Notes: generated by a model not told the origin, from the sequence alone. A stretch of DNA of 64,000 nt from an uncultured Nitrospiraceae bacterium (GCA_963727805.1 CAVSHF010000003.1:2368001-2432000), one strand, 5' to 3'; positions 12,213 through 23,544 are shown, counted from the first letter of the stretch. Translations and numbers: made by a program.

Positions 12213-13319
12213 TTAAAGCCTCATGGGCATCACAACACATTTATAGTCTTCCCTGTCGTCCTCCATGAGCAGCACAGGGCTGAGCGGCTCATTTATCTTG
12301 AGTGTGATCATCTCCGCTTCCATAACGCTGAGCGCGTCCAGGAGATACCGTGCATTGAAAGCTATTGTCATTGCATCGCCATCGTACTTCACTGTTATCT
12401 CGTCCTTGGCATCTCCGAGATCGGGATTGGAGGTCGAGATGACCATAGCGTCAGTATTGATATCAACCTTCACGGCGCTGCTTCTTTCTTTACTAAAAAT
12501 GGATACGATCTTAAGAGACTTGCTGAAGGCATCTCGGCCGACGCTGAGGGTCTTGTGATTGTCTGACGGGATAACCTGCTCGTAATTCGGATAGGTCCCC
12601 TCGATAAGCCGTGTCAAAAATTGTATGCTTCCTACTGAAAAAAGTATGTGGTTTTTCCCGATCGTAAGCTTCACCGGTTTCTGCTCTTCATCGAGGAACC
12701 GCCTCAGCTCCGAGACGGACTTTCTCGATAGGATAAGCTTCATTTCCTCACTGAGTGGCTCGGAAATCTTTTTCTGGGATAGTGCAAGCCGGTGTCCATC
12801 GGTGCCCACTACATTGAGGATCTGGTCGGTCTTCAAATGGAAAAGGAGCCCATTTAGAACATATCGCGTATCCGATTCTCCCGCGGCGTACAAGGTCTTT
12901 TCGATCGTGTCGAGAAGGGTTACCGTATCAAGTTCGACTTCTTTGGCTTCAGCGGTCGAGATTAAAGGCCAGACAGGGAACTCTTCAGGCGATATGCAGG
13001 CGAGCCTGAAATGGCTCTTTCCGCACTTGATCTTAACCCACTGATTATCGGCCGACTCGATGATAAGCTCTCCATCCATCTCCCTGACAATCTCGAAAAG
13101 TTTCTTGGCAGGAATACACATCTTCCCTTCTTCAAGAACGGTCAATTCGATGGGCCCTTTGAGAGCCGTTTCAAGATCGGTGGCCGTAATCGTAGATCCC
13201 GTGCTTTCCGCGGAGAGGAGAAAATTGTTGAGGACCGGCATGGTATTTCGTTTTTCAACAATATTCTGGATGTCGGAAAGTTTCTTCAGCAGCTCGTTTC
13301 TGTCGACTTTTACCTTCAT
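12213..13319 (-). CDS. dnaN: DNA polymerase III beta clamp
   Basis: ATDLE, GTDGHRL, YPNYEQVIP, C-terminal VVMPMRL. Confidence 0.98.
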   Translation of the reverse strand: MKVKVDRNELLKKLSDIQNIVEKRNTMPVLNNFLLSAESTGSTITATDLETALKGPIELTVLEEGKMCIPAKKLFEIVREMDGELIIESADNQWVKIKCGKSHFRLACISPEEFPVWPLISTAEAKEVELDTVTLLDTIEKTLYAAGESDTRYVLNGLLFHLKTDQILNVVGTDGHRLALSQKKISEPLSEEMKLILSRKSVSELRRFLDEEQKPVKLTIGKNHILFSVGSIQFLTRLIEGTYPNYEQVIPSDNHKTLSVGRDAFSKSLKIVSIFSKERSSAVKVDINTDAMVISTSNPDLGDAKDEITVKYDGDAMTIAFNARYLLDALSVMEAEMITLKINEPLSPVLLMEDDREDYKCVVMPMRL

Positions 13320-13357
13320 GGTTCCTCCAATCTTGAGCCGTATTATTTCCTGTTAAC

Positions 13358-14707
13358 CTAAGATACCTTTATCTTCTTGACGATATTGTCAATACCCTTG
13401 TTCAGGTTCTCATCTGAGGATCTCTTTTCTTCTATTTGCTTGCATGAATAAATCACTGTCGCATGGTCTTTGCCGCCGAAGGCCCTTCCGATATCACTGA
13501 GTGAAAGCGGTGTAAGTTGTTTGGATATATACATCGCAATCTGCCTTGCATTGGCGATCTCTTTCGTCCTCTTTTTGCCCTTGATATCGACAGGCTTGAC
13601 GCCGAAATGGTCGCTTACCGCTTTGACAATCCCTTCAATCGTCAATGGCTTGTCCTCATCGGAAATGAGGTCCTTGAGCACATTTCTGGCGAGGGTAATA
13701 TCAATCGGCATTCCTGTAAGGGAGGAATGGGCGCCAAGCTTGATAAGACACCCTTCAAGCTCTCTGATATTAGACTTGACGCGCGAGGCGATAAAATAGG
13801 CGACATCTTCAGGCACGATAAGCCTTTCAGCTTCGGCTTTTTTATACAGGATTGCAACCTTTGTTTCAACCTCGGGGCATTGGATGTCGGCAATAAGCCC
13901 CATACCGAACCTAGACCTGAGTCTGTCCGTAATATCGGATATATCCATGGGCGCTCTGTCGCTCGATACTACGATCTGGCTCTGGCGCGCATAAAGAGAA
14001 TTGAATGTATGGAAAAATTCCTCCTGGGTTGCGGTTTTGCCGGCGATAAACTGGATATCATCCACTAACAGTATATCAGCAGTTCGGTATTTGTCCTTGA
14101 ATTCTCCCATCTTCTCATGCCTGATCGAAGAAATCACTTCATTCGTGAATTGCTCGGCCGAAACATAATAGATCACCTTCCCTGGGAATTTATCGACAAT
14201 CTCATTGCCGATCGCATTTATCAAATGCGTTTTCCCGAGTCCTACTCCGCCATAGATAAAGAGCGGGTTGTAGACACTCCCCGGTCCTTCGCATATTCTC
14301 TTTGCAGCCGCATGGGCGAACTGATTCGATGGGCCCACGACAAAGGTATCAAAGGTGTATTTTGGGTTCAGGTAAATCCCTCTGCTCGCAAGCCTCGTCC
14401 GTCTGCTCTCATACTTCGAGTCGATCTTCTTTAAAACCACATCTTCCTTGGCGCCTATCCTGAATTTGACAGAGACGGTATGTCCAAGATCTCCTTCCAT
14501 GGCCTCGCTGATAAGATTGGGATAATTGTCCTCAACCCAGTCCTTGAAGAACCTGTTCGGTATTTCTATCGAGACCGTCTTGTCCTTCAGCTGAAGAAGC
14601 TTCATAGGCTTGAACCATAATTCAAAGACACTATCTCCCACCTGCTCGTGTATCTTTGAAAAGGCACTATTCCACAAATCCTCTTTTCCGCTCATTCCCT
14701 CTGCCAT
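13358..14707 (-). CDS. dnaA: Chromosomal replication initiator DnaA
   Basis: YNPLFIYGGVGLGKTHL, DDIQF, RLRSRF, FGGKDHATV; start moved to ATG at 14707 (MAEGMSG), ORF-track extension overlaps a DnaA box. Confidence 0.97.
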   Translation of the reverse strand: MAEGMSGKEDLWNSAFSKIHEQVGDSVFELWFKPMKLLQLKDKTVSIEIPNRFFKDWVEDNYPNLISEAMEGDLGHTVSVKFRIGAKEDVVLKKIDSKYESRRTRLASRGIYLNPKYTFDTFVVGPSNQFAHAAAKRICEGPGSVYNPLFIYGGVGLGKTHLINAIGNEIVDKFPGKVIYYVSAEQFTNEVISSIRHEKMGEFKDKYRTADILLVDDIQFIAGKTATQEEFFHTFNSLYARQSQIVVSSDRAPMDISDITDRLRSRFGMGLIADIQCPEVETKVAILYKKAEAERLIVPEDVAYFIASRVKSNIRELEGCLIKLGAHSSLTGMPIDITLARNVLKDLISDEDKPLTIEGIVKAVSDHFGVKPVDIKGKKRTKEIANARQIAMYISKQLTPLSLSDIGRAFGGKDHATVIYSCKQIEEKRSSDENLNKGIDNIVKKIKVS

Positions 14708-15020
14708 AATGAAATTAAATTTTGTTTTAGATATATTTATCAACAACTAATTAACAATTGTTAAAAACTCAGGACCATTCTTCCCGCTCATTATAGCCTA
14801 TCCGGAAAAAACAGGGCAATATAATGTTAGTTACTCTGTGCATAAAAAAACATTAACGCTTTGTGCACTTTCAAATGAAAACTTACAAAGTTTATGCTGC
14901 CATTCAAGCTATTGAAAATCAATTATAATTTCCTCTTATTAACATATCAGCAGCTCCTATTAGTGCTACTTTAAAGACTTATATATAAAAGAATAATAGA
15001 GAAGAACCAATAAAATTAAA
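14708..15020. promoter_or_regulatory. oriC: Candidate replication origin oriC
   Basis: AT-rich gap upstream of dnaA; DnaA boxes TTATCAACA 14737-14745, TGTGCATAA 14837-14845, TTATTAACA 14936-14944 + TATCAGCA 14945-14952, then GCTCC and trio-like TAT TAG TGC TAC TTT. Confidence 0.8.
14790..14819 (-). promoter_or_regulatory. Putative sigma70 promoter of dnaA
   Basis: TTGCCC-N18-TATAAT on minus strand. Confidence 0.55.
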
Positions 15021-16119
15021 TTAAACCAATTTAAGAGACGCTGTTATAAAAACATCTATACGTCCATCAAGAACAGCATCGACATCCCCAACCTCAACAT
15101 TTGTTCTGTGATCTTTCACAAGACGGTAAGGCTGGAGCGTATATGACCTAATCTGACTGCCCCATGATATCTCCTTTTTATCTCCGATAAATCCTTCAAT
15201 TTTCTTCTCTCTCGATTTAAGAGTCAAATCATAAATCCTTGACCTGACAATTTTCATAGCTAGCTCTTTATTTCTTAATTGGGAACGCTCACTCTGACAG
15301 GCGACAATTATACCTGTCGGAATATGAGTAATACGAACGGCAGAAGAAACCTTGTTAACATGTTGCCCACCTGCACCTGATGCCCTAAAAGTGTCAATCT
15401 TAAGGTCTTCATCCCTTATCTCAACGGCTATAGTATCTGCTATTTCCGGATAAATAAGCACTGCAGCAAAAGAGGTATGCCTTCTTTTATTTGCATCAAA
15501 AGGAGATATCCTGACAAGACGGTGAACTCCCGCCTCGGCTTTCAGATAACCATATGCATAAGGGCCTTCGACAGTAAATGTCACCCCTTTAATTCCTGCT
15601 TCATCACCTATCTGAAGATCAGCTATCTCTGTTTTATATCCGTGAGTTTCAGCCCAGCGAAGGTACATTCTCATCAGCATCTGTGCCCAGTCCTGGCTCT
15701 CGACGCCTCCTGCTCCGGGATGAATGGTTACTATGGCGTTATTTTTATCAGCTTCACCGGAAAGAAGCAGTCTCAATTCAACTTCGTCAAGATACGATCT
15801 TAATCCAGCAAGCTCCCGGCTGATTTCTTCTGAAAATATCTCACCCTCATCTTCGTCGAGAAGTTCGATAGATTCTTCAATATAAGAGGCCCTCTTGAGG
15901 GCGGATTCCAATGGAGTCAGATTCTCAAGGATGTCAGCCTTTTTCTTTTGGAGCGTTTTCAATCTGTCAGGAGACGTCCAGACCTCTTCGGACGAAAGGT
16001 CTTTTTCTATCAATGCAAGGTCTTCTCTTCTCTTATCAACATCAAAGATAACCTCGTAGTGAGGAGAGTCTCTCTTTTATTTTCTTCAGGTCTTCCTGAA
16101 GTTCATTCTGTAAAATCAT
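15021..16119 (-). CDS. prfB: Peptide chain release factor 2, programmed +1 frameshift after codon 25
   Basis: GGAGG RBS, ATG 16119, ...CGA GGT TAT CTT TGA T at about 16056-16041; +1 frame continues into ORF with SPF and GGQ motifs; about 365 aa. Confidence 0.96.
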
Positions 16120-16142
16120 AATGTTTACCTCCACAGTTCAAA

Positions 16143-17693
16143 TTATCTTTTGCGGAATTTAATGATCAGAAGCAGGGATAGGACTATACAGAAGAACGAG
16201 AAGAGATCGCCGTACTTGGTGTAGAAAGTCAATGTCCTATCCGTCTTGAAGGTCGCCTTAATCGCTGTCCTGGTGAAGAGTTCCGTTGTTGTCAATATCC
16301 TTCCGCTGCTGTCAATAAAACCTGAAATACCGGTATTGGCGGCCCTGATCACCGGCTTCCTGTTTTCGATGGCCCTGAACACCGCCATGCTGAAGTGTTG
16401 ATAAGCGCCGTTAGTCTTCCCGAACCAAGCATCATTGGTTACCGTTACAATAAAATCGCCGCCTTTTGTATAGAACTTACGTACTAGCCCGGGTAGTGTG
16501 ATCTCATAACAGATGGGGGTGCTAAAACTACCAAAGGGAGTTACCGCTTTGGTATAACTATCCCCGGGGAGATAGTCCCCTATGCCGACAACAAGTTTAT
16601 TAATAAAAAAAAGGACATTCCGCAGGGGAACGTATTCGCCAAATGGAACCAAGTGAATTTTATCATAAAGGTAAGAAACCGTTCCATCTTTGGTAAGAAG
16701 CACAGTGCTGTTCGTGTATGTCTCCTTCGGATCGCTTTTCACCAGTATACTGCCAAACAGCAGGTAGGTATTAAGGCCCTTCTGATAAGAGATGAGTTCT
16801 TCGCTTAGTGTCTTGTCTGTTCCGAAGAAGAAAGGAACTGCGGTTTCAGGCCAGACAACAAGATCAGGGCCGGGAAGGTCGGCAGAGGGATTTACCGCTG
16901 CAAGTGTCAAGGTTCGGTAAACATCGAGCACGTATTTTTGATAAGTAGGGTCCCACTTTTTATCCTGTTCGATATTTCCCTGGATGGCGGCAACCTGTAA
17001 CGGAGCACCAGGCCTCTGCTGATGGAGCCGATAAAAACCGTACCCAAAATTCGCAATGAGTACGACGCCCAGAAGACAATAACCCGCATAGGTATGCAAA
17101 CGGGAATGAAGCGGCCGCTGCATCATCCGCTTTTTCATGATAAAGAAATCGGCGATGGCCCCGTTTACCGCAACAACGAGGAAAGATATGCCGTAAACGC
17201 CTATAATATCAGCGCTCTGAATCAAGCCCAGAAAGCGATATTGGCTGTAGCCGACACTTGACCAGGGGAAACCTGAAAAGGCGTAAGACCTGAGCATTTC
17301 AAGGGCGGTCCAGAGCACTGGTGCGACAAGAAGAGCGGGAAGGTCGGTCTTTTTGATGATCATCGAATACAAAGCGCAGAAAATCGCGGTATAAAGGCTT
17401 AAATATAGGCTCAGTACTAGCACGATCAAAAGGCTTGGCACAAAGGCTATGGAACCGAAATGGTTGATCGAATGGTAAATCCAGTAAACAGTACCAAAGA
17501 AATAGACAATACCAAAAGAGAGACCTGCTTTAAATGCCTCGCCTTTCGGTCTGTCGTATAAAATGACGAGAAGAGGAGCAAGGGCGAACCAGGCGAGAGG
17601 GAATATATCAAAAGAGGGAAACGAGAGAACAAAAAGCCCTCCCCCGAAAAGGGCATATAAGTATGCGTAATTTACACGTCCCGGCAGTATCAT
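16143..17693 (-). CDS. lnt: Apolipoprotein N-acyltransferase
   Basis: TM helices, GFPW, QGNI, WPETA, K-HLVPFGEYVP, ICYE, NDAWFG, RAANTGIS. Confidence 0.96.
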   Translation of the reverse strand: MILPGRVNYAYLYALFGGGLFVLSFPSFDIFPLAWFALAPLLVILYDRPKGEAFKAGLSFGIVYFFGTVYWIYHSINHFGSIAFVPSLLIVLVLSLYLSLYTAIFCALYSMIIKKTDLPALLVAPVLWTALEMLRSYAFSGFPWSSVGYSQYRFLGLIQSADIIGVYGISFLVVAVNGAIADFFIMKKRMMQRPLHSRLHTYAGYCLLGVVLIANFGYGFYRLHQQRPGAPLQVAAIQGNIEQDKKWDPTYQKYVLDVYRTLTLAAVNPSADLPGPDLVVWPETAVPFFFGTDKTLSEELISYQKGLNTYLLFGSILVKSDPKETYTNSTVLLTKDGTVSYLYDKIHLVPFGEYVPLRNVLFFINKLVVGIGDYLPGDSYTKAVTPFGSFSTPICYEITLPGLVRKFYTKGGDFIVTVTNDAWFGKTNGAYQHFSMAVFRAIENRKPVIRAANTGISGFIDSSGRILTTTELFTRTAIKATFKTDRTLTFYTKYGDLFSFFCIVLSLLLIIKFRKR

Positions 17694-17752
17694 CCTTAAT
17701 CTCCCCCAATCGGTAGTTTATGCAAGCCTTTTATGTTATCATAGAAAAAGTT

Positions 17753-18547
17753 ATGTCCGCTATTGTTATTATACCGTCCCGATATCAGTCTACCCGATTC
17801 CCCGGAAAACCCCTCTCCCTCCTCCTGAACAAGCCTATGATTCAGCATGTCTATGAACGCTCCAAGTTGGCCCGGCATATCAAGGAAGTCTTTGTCGCAA
17901 CCGATAGCAAGCTTATCTACGACACCGTCCGGGGATTTGGCGGTAATGCGGTCATGACTTCGGACACACATGCTTCGGGGACCGACAGGATTGCCGAAGC
18001 CGCCGCAGCAATGCGGAAAACGGGGCATGAGGCTGAGATCATCGTCAATGTTCAGGGTGACGAACCGATGATCATGCCCGAAATGATCGACGAAGTGGCA
18101 ACCCTGATGGATGACGAGAGGGTCGGGATAGGAACGCTTGTCAAAAAGATCGAAGACCCGACCGAGATAGATGATCCGAATATCGTCAAGGCTGTCTTTA
18201 ATGCTGAGGGTTTCGCCCTATATTTTTCACGCTCTCCGATTCCATATCACAGAGACCGCTTTTGTGGGGAAGCACAGAAACGCGGAAGCGCAGAAGAAAG
18301 AGACTCCTTGCCCTCTGCGCTGGTCATGTTCAAACACATAGGCATTTATGCTTTCAAATTTGACGTTTTAATTCAGTTTACGAAGCTCCCTCCTTCTCGG
18401 CTCGAAGAGATAGAGAAGCTAGAGCAGTTGAGAGCACTCGAGAACGGGATAACGATAAAGGTCAAAGAAACAATCTATGAAACCATCGGGGTGGATACCC
18501 CGATGGATCTAAAAAAGGTGGAAAAATGCCTAAGTATGTCTTCATAA
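17753..18547 (+). CDS. kdsB: 3-deoxy-manno-octulosonate cytidylyltransferase
   Basis: [38 protein letters not shown]. Confidence 0.96.
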   Translation: MSAIVIIPSRYQSTRFPGKPLSLLLNKPMIQHVYERSKLARHIKEVFVATDSKLIYDTVRGFGGNAVMTSDTHASGTDRIAEAAAAMRKTGHEAEIIVNVQGDEPMIMPEMIDEVATLMDDERVGIGTLVKKIEDPTEIDDPNIVKAVFNAEGFALYFSRSPIPYHRDRFCGEAQKRGSAEERDSLPSALVMFKHIGIYAFKFDVLIQFTKLPPSRLEEIEKLEQLRALENGITIKVKETIYETIGVDTPMDLKKVEKCLSMSS

Positions 18548-20166
18548 CTGGTGGAGTCGTTTCAGCACTAGGGAAGGGAATTGCGGCGGCGGCAATAGGG
18601 GCATTGCTCGAAGCCAAGGGCCTCAGGGTCACTATCCAGAAACTCGACCCCTATATCAATGTCGATCCCGGTACGCTAAGCCCCTTTGAACATGGCGAGG
18701 TCTTCGTCACCGACGATGGCTGCGAGACTGACCTCGACCTTGGCCATTACGAACGCTTTACGCATTTACGGGCCTCGGTGGTTAATAATTACACAACGGG
18801 TAAGATATACTTCAACGTAATAACCAAGGAGCGCAGAGGTGATTACCTCGGCGACACTGTGCAGGTGGTGCCCCATATTACCGACGAGATTCGGGAAGCT
18901 ATTAAGTCCGCAGCTTCAGAGGATTATGATATCAACATTGTCGAAATTGGTGGCACGGTTGGAGATATAGAAAGCCTTCCTTTCCTCGAGGCTATCAGGC
19001 AATTCCGCTATGATGTCGGAAAAGAGAATGTCCTCTATGTCCATCTGACATTGGTGCCTTTTATAAAAACAGCAGGCGAATTGAAGACAAAGCCGACTCA
19101 GCATAGTGTGAACGAGCTGCGGGAGATCGGTATTCAGCCGGACATACTGCTCTGCAGATCTGAGAGGCCCCTTCCACCTGAAATGAAGAGGAAGATTGCC
19201 ATCCATTGCAACCTCGACCCTGATGCTGTCATTGCGGCGCTGGATATGAGCACGGTTTATGAGGTGCCGAGCTCGTTCAAGTTGGAAGGACTCGATAAAT
19301 TAATCGAGAAGAAATTGTCACTCAATCTTCCGGAGCCTGATGTGGCTATATGGGACCAGGTTGTGGACAGGATAAAAAACCCAAAGTATGAATGCACCAT
19401 TGCCATCGTCGGGAAATATGTGAACCTTAAGGATGCGTATAAAAGCCTCGCAGAGGCTCTTATCCACGGAGGGATTGCCAACAATGCCCGCGTGCATTTG
19501 GAATGGGTTGATTCCGAAGATGTAGAGGTCTATGGCGCCGAACGATATCTATCCGAGGTCGACGGCATTCTAGTCCCTGGTGGTTTCGGGAGCCGAGGAA
19601 TCGAGGGGAAGATCGTAGCGGTCCAGTACGCACGGGAGAAGAAAATTCCCTACTTCGGAATCTGCCTCGGCATGCAGCTTGCGGTGATCGAATTTAGCCG
19701 CCATGTTTGTAATCTTTCGGCAAACAGCACTGAATTCGATCTCACGGTAAAAGACCCGGTCATCTATCTCATGGAACGCTGGTATAATCACCGTTCCGGC
19801 AAGGTCGAAGAGCGGTCTGTCGACTCCCAGATGGGTGGCACCATGAGGCTCGGCGCCTATCCAGCAGTTCTGCAGGAAGGTACCCATGCAATTAAGGCAT
19901 ATGGCGTGAAAGATATATTTGAAAGGCACCGCCACCGGTATGAATTCAATAATAAGTACCGCGAGCTGCTCATGTCCAAAGGGCTGGTGATCAGCGGCCT
20001 TTCTCCCGATGCGGAACTCGTCGAGATCGTGGAGATCAGGGATCATCCTTGGTTCCTTGGATGCCAATTTCATCCCGAGTTCAAGTCTAGGCCTATTGAG
20101 CCTCATCCTTTGTTCAGTGCGTTCATCGGCGCGGCCATAATGGAGAAGCGAGAACTGTTCCGGTAG
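18526..20166 (+). CDS. pyrG: CTP synthase
   Basis: [34 protein letters not shown]. Confidence 0.98.
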   Translation: MPKYVFITGGVVSALGKGIAAAAIGALLEAKGLRVTIQKLDPYINVDPGTLSPFEHGEVFVTDDGCETDLDLGHYERFTHLRASVVNNYTTGKIYFNVITKERRGDYLGDTVQVVPHITDEIREAIKSAASEDYDINIVEIGGTVGDIESLPFLEAIRQFRYDVGKENVLYVHLTLVPFIKTAGELKTKPTQHSVNELREIGIQPDILLCRSERPLPPEMKRKIAIHCNLDPDAVIAALDMSTVYEVPSSFKLEGLDKLIEKKLSLNLPEPDVAIWDQVVDRIKNPKYECTIAIVGKYVNLKDAYKSLAEALIHGGIANNARVHLEWVDSEDVEVYGAERYLSEVDGILVPGGFGSRGIEGKIVAVQYAREKKIPYFGICLGMQLAVIEFSRHVCNLSANSTEFDLTVKDPVIYLMERWYNHRSGKVEERSVDSQMGGTMRLGAYPAVLQEGTHAIKAYGVKDIFERHRHRYEFNNKYRELLMSKGLVISGLSPDAELVEIVEIRDHPWFLGCQFHPEFKSRPIEPHPLFSAFIGAAIMEKRELFR

Positions 20167-20283
20167 TTCTATATTTTGTGGATTTGCAGATCGGTTAGAC
20201 CTTCAAACGTTGCCATTTCTTTATAGTATTCTACTGTTTTTATTTATATATTTTTATTAGAATGATAATGGAGGATCAGTCCG

Positions 20284-20853
20284 ATGAAGTCAACATTGAC
20301 GATATTTTTTCTCGGCGATTCCCTTACAGAATTTTTTGATTGGCAACAGCGGTTTGACGAACATGAGGTACTCAATCTTGGACTTGCAGGAGAAACTGTC
20401 CAGGGCCTTTCAGCTCGCATTCGCAGAATTATTGGGAATGCAAGCGCGCCCGATGTCCTCTTCATCATGACGGGCATCAACAATGTTGTTATGGATGATT
20501 ATGAGATTCTCGGACAATATAAAAGAATACTGAAGAGTCTCAAGACCGCATATCCTTCTACCACGATTGTCATTCAGAGCATCTTGCCGGTTACCATGTG
20601 GGGCGACAACTGTAAGATCGAGGAGATTAACCGGTTATTGATGGGGATTGCATGCGAATTAAAGATTTTATTTCTTGATGTTTACAGTCGCTTCGTCGAT
20701 GAAACGGGCAGGCCTCATGAAGAATATCTACAAGAAGATGGGGTCCATTTAAGTGAAAAAGGATATGAAATCTGGTCAGCTAAAGTCGATGAATTCCTTC
20801 ATCACTTGCCAAAAAAAAGTTCAAGCAAACGGTCAAGCTCATCTAGCGAATAG
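20284..20853 (+). CDS. SGNH/GDSL-family hydrolase
   Basis: GDSLT, GINN, DGVHL motifs. Confidence 0.9.
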   Translation: MKSTLTIFFLGDSLTEFFDWQQRFDEHEVLNLGLAGETVQGLSARIRRIIGNASAPDVLFIMTGINNVVMDDYEILGQYKRILKSLKTAYPSTTIVIQSILPVTMWGDNCKIEEINRLLMGIACELKILFLDVYSRFVDETGRPHEEYLQEDGVHLSEKGYEIWSAKVDEFLHHLPKKSSSKRSSSSSE

Positions 20854-21641
20854 TACTCGATTTCAATTCTTCCCTTTTTTCCTTTGTGCCGGATGCTGAC
20901 CTTTGTGCCCAGTGCCTGAATCAGTCTATCTTCAAGATCCGCTACCTCTGGAAGCTTTCGCTTTTCCTTTTTCACAGATGCCGAGACTTGTGAGGGACCA
21001 GTTCGATTATTGCAGAGGAACTCGGCGGCCCTGACGCTCAATCCCTCACGGACGATCTTTTTAGCGGCCGCAATCTGTTTGTGTTTGTCTTCGATTGAAA
21101 GCAGGGCCTTGGCATGGCCGATTGTAAGACTGCCTTCATTGACAAGGGCCTTTATTTCGTCCGGTAATTTGAGGATTCGAAGGTAGTTCGCTACCGTCGC
21201 ACGATCCTTTCCCACCCGATCCGAAAGGGCTTCCTGCGTTAACTTGAAGTCTTTCATAAGGCTCTGGAAGGCATTGGCGGTCTCGATTGGATTGAGCTCT
21301 TCGCGCTGAATATTTTCTATGAGAGCAATTTCGATCGCGTCTTGTGAAGAGACATCTTTTACGAGGGCGGGTATCTTTCTAAGTCCTGCCAAAGATGAGG
21401 CTCGCCATCTCCGTTCTCCCGCGATGAGCCTAAAGGTACCATCTCCCACCCGAGATACGATAACGGGTTGGAGTACACCTTTTTCCTTTATTGAAGCCGC
21501 AAGCTCCTTGAGAGTGTCATCTTTAAATACCTTTCGCGGCTGATTCTCATTGGGGAAGACCTTTCCTACTTCGATCTCGATGACCTCGCTCCCTCTGTCA
21601 GGAAGCAAAGCGTCAAGGCCTTTACCGAGCGCTGCTTTCAT
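20802..21641 (-). CDS. parB: Chromosome partitioning protein ParB
   Basis: MKAALGKGLDALL start, QPRK, LIAGERRWRA, ENIQRE. Confidence 0.96.
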   Translation of the reverse strand: MKAALGKGLDALLPDRGSEVIEIEVGKVFPNENQPRKVFKDDTLKELAASIKEKGVLQPVIVSRVGDGTFRLIAGERRWRASSLAGLRKIPALVKDVSSQDAIEIALIENIQREELNPIETANAFQSLMKDFKLTQEALSDRVGKDRATVANYLRILKLPDEIKALVNEGSLTIGHAKALLSIEDKHKQIAAAKKIVREGLSVRAAEFLCNNRTGPSQVSASVKKEKRKLPEVADLEDRLIQALGTKVSIRHKGKKGRIEIEYYSLDELDRLLELFFGK

Positions 21642-22392
21642 GTAATATCTCCTTTGCAAGGGCAATGTAGCTCTGGGCCCCTTTGGATCGTGCGTCGTAG
21701 AGGATCGCGGGCTTGCCATGACTGGGTGCTTCTCCTAGCGTGACATTACGCGGGATCAGAGTCTCGTACACCTTCTCACCGAAATGTTTTTTAACCTCCT
21801 CGGCGACCTGACGGGACAAGGTAATGCGCGGATCGAACATTGTTAGCAGGATCCCCTCTATGTCGAGGTTCGGATTGAAAGAAGATCTAACGAGCTTGAG
21901 GGTCCTTGTCAATAGGCTGAGCCCTTCAAGGGAATAATATTCGCACTGGACCGGTACGATTATTGAGTCTGCGGCAACGAGCCCGTTCAAGGTTAAAAGA
22001 CCGAGTGAAGGGGGGCAATCTATGAAGATATAGCGGTACCTTTCTTTGATGCCCGACAGTGCATTGAGAAGGGTTTTTTCCCGGTCATTCCTGTTGATGA
22101 GTTCAACTTCGACTGCAAGGAGGTCTATCGTGGAAGGAACGATATGCAGGTGCGGGATCCCCGTCTCGCTTACAGCCTCCTCAAGGGTATACTTTCCCGT
22201 GTATACATCGTACAGACTTTTGTCGATTTCGCTCCTGTTTATTCCAAGTCCGCTGGTGAGGTTTCCTTGCGGGTCTGTGTCCACCACGAGGATATTCTGT
22301 CCTGCAAGGGCCAGAGACGCCGAAAGATTGACGGCTGTCGTCGTCTTTCCGACGCCACCCTTCTGATTCGCAATGACAACGGTTTTTCCCAT
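21622..22392 (-). CDS. parA: Chromosome partitioning ATPase ParA/Soj
   Basis: NQKGGVGKTT, DPQGN, DCPPSLG, EAPSHG. Confidence 0.97.
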   Translation of the reverse strand: MGKTVVIANQKGGVGKTTTAVNLSASLALAGQNILVVDTDPQGNLTSGLGINRSEIDKSLYDVYTGKYTLEEAVSETGIPHLHIVPSTIDLLAVEVELINRNDREKTLLNALSGIKERYRYIFIDCPPSLGLLTLNGLVAADSIIVPVQCEYYSLEGLSLLTRTLKLVRSSFNPNLDIEGILLTMFDPRITLSRQVAEEVKKHFGEKVYETLIPRNVTLGEAPSHGKPAILYDARSKGAQSYIALAKEILHESSAR

Positions 22393-22679
22393 AAGAGAAA
22401 ATATTGTATCATTTTCTCAAAACATATTACTAATACTGCTGTAATTTAATACAGGGCAGATTATTGTTATGATTATATTCTGATATATATTTATTGTCTT
22501 CGCTTTTCGGGGATGACTGTTTTGTTACCCGGTCTTTTGGGTGGTGTTTATAATTCAAGCTTAGAAATAGTATAATAAACAACATCTTTGACTTGATAAT
22601 AAAAGAAGCAAAGGCTTCAAAAAATTAAAGATGAATAATATCGGCTAAGGGAAGAAGATAGAGCCGTCAAGGAGGAGAA

Positions 22680-23255
22680 ATGGCAGAGAACGTAGAGATG
22701 CGCTGGCATGGAAGGGGAGGCCAGGGGACTGTTACGGCAGTCAAAGTGTTTGCGGATGCATGCTTAAGTGGAGGGCGTTATGTCCAAGCCTTTCCCGAGT
22801 ATGGTCCGGAAAGAGCGGGAGCACCTCTTCGTGCATTCAACAGGATAAGTGACAAGCCGCTCCGGCTGCATTGTCCCGTGACAAAACCGAACATTGTAGT
22901 AGTCGTAGATGCAACGCTCCTCGATAGTGTTAAAATCACTGATGGCACACCGGATGACGCGGCATTTATTGTCAACAGCTCAAAAGATCCGAAAGCTATT
23001 CGCGACAAGATAAAGGCGAAGCCCACCCAGAAAATCTTCACGATTGACGCGACCAAGATATCGATTGAGACCATTGGACGTCCGATGCCGAATGCTTCCC
23101 TAGTCGGTACCGTTGCCAAGGTTTCCGGCCTACTGAGCCTTGAGGCTGCCCTTAATGATGTCAAGAAGAGTTTTGGCGAGAAGTTTCCCCAGAAGATCAT
23201 TGATGGGAACCTCGAAGCGACGAGACGGGGTTATGAGGAGGTAAAGGAAGGATGA
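22680..23255 (+). CDS. porC: Pyruvate/2-oxoacid:ferredoxin oxidoreductase gamma subunit
   Basis: HGRGGQG, FPEYGPERAGAP. Confidence 0.93.
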   Translation: MAENVEMRWHGRGGQGTVTAVKVFADACLSGGRYVQAFPEYGPERAGAPLRAFNRISDKPLRLHCPVTKPNIVVVVDATLLDSVKITDGTPDDAAFIVNSSKDPKAIRDKIKAKPTQKIFTIDATKISIETIGRPMPNASLVGTVAKVSGLLSLEAALNDVKKSFGEKFPQKIIDGNLEATRRGYEEVKEG

Positions 23256-23542
23256 AGACCTGGAAAGAACTTACACCTGGCGGAACCATTACAGAACCAG
23301 GCAGCGCTCGCAAGTTCAAGACTGGTTCATGGCGTGCCTACAAGCCAAGATGGATTGAAGCAAATTGCATCCAGTGTATGCTCTGCTGGATTTACTGTCC
23401 CGATATGGCTATCAAGACCAAGAAAGATGGCAAACGGGCTGAGTTCGACTACGACTATTGCAAAGGGTGCGGTATTTGTGCCCTCGAGTGTCCTGGTAAA
23501 AAAGGCAACAAGGCAATTGTCATGGAAGAGGAGGGCGATTAA
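23252..23542 (+). CDS. porD: Pyruvate/2-oxoacid:ferredoxin oxidoreductase delta subunit, 2x[4Fe-4S]
   Basis: TGSWR, CIQCMLCWIYCP, CKGCGICALECP. Confidence 0.93.
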   Translation: MKTWKELTPGGTITEPGSARKFKTGSWRAYKPRWIEANCIQCMLCWIYCPDMAIKTKKDGKRAEFDYDYCKGCGICALECPGKKGNKAIVMEEEGD

Positions 23543-23544
23543 TA

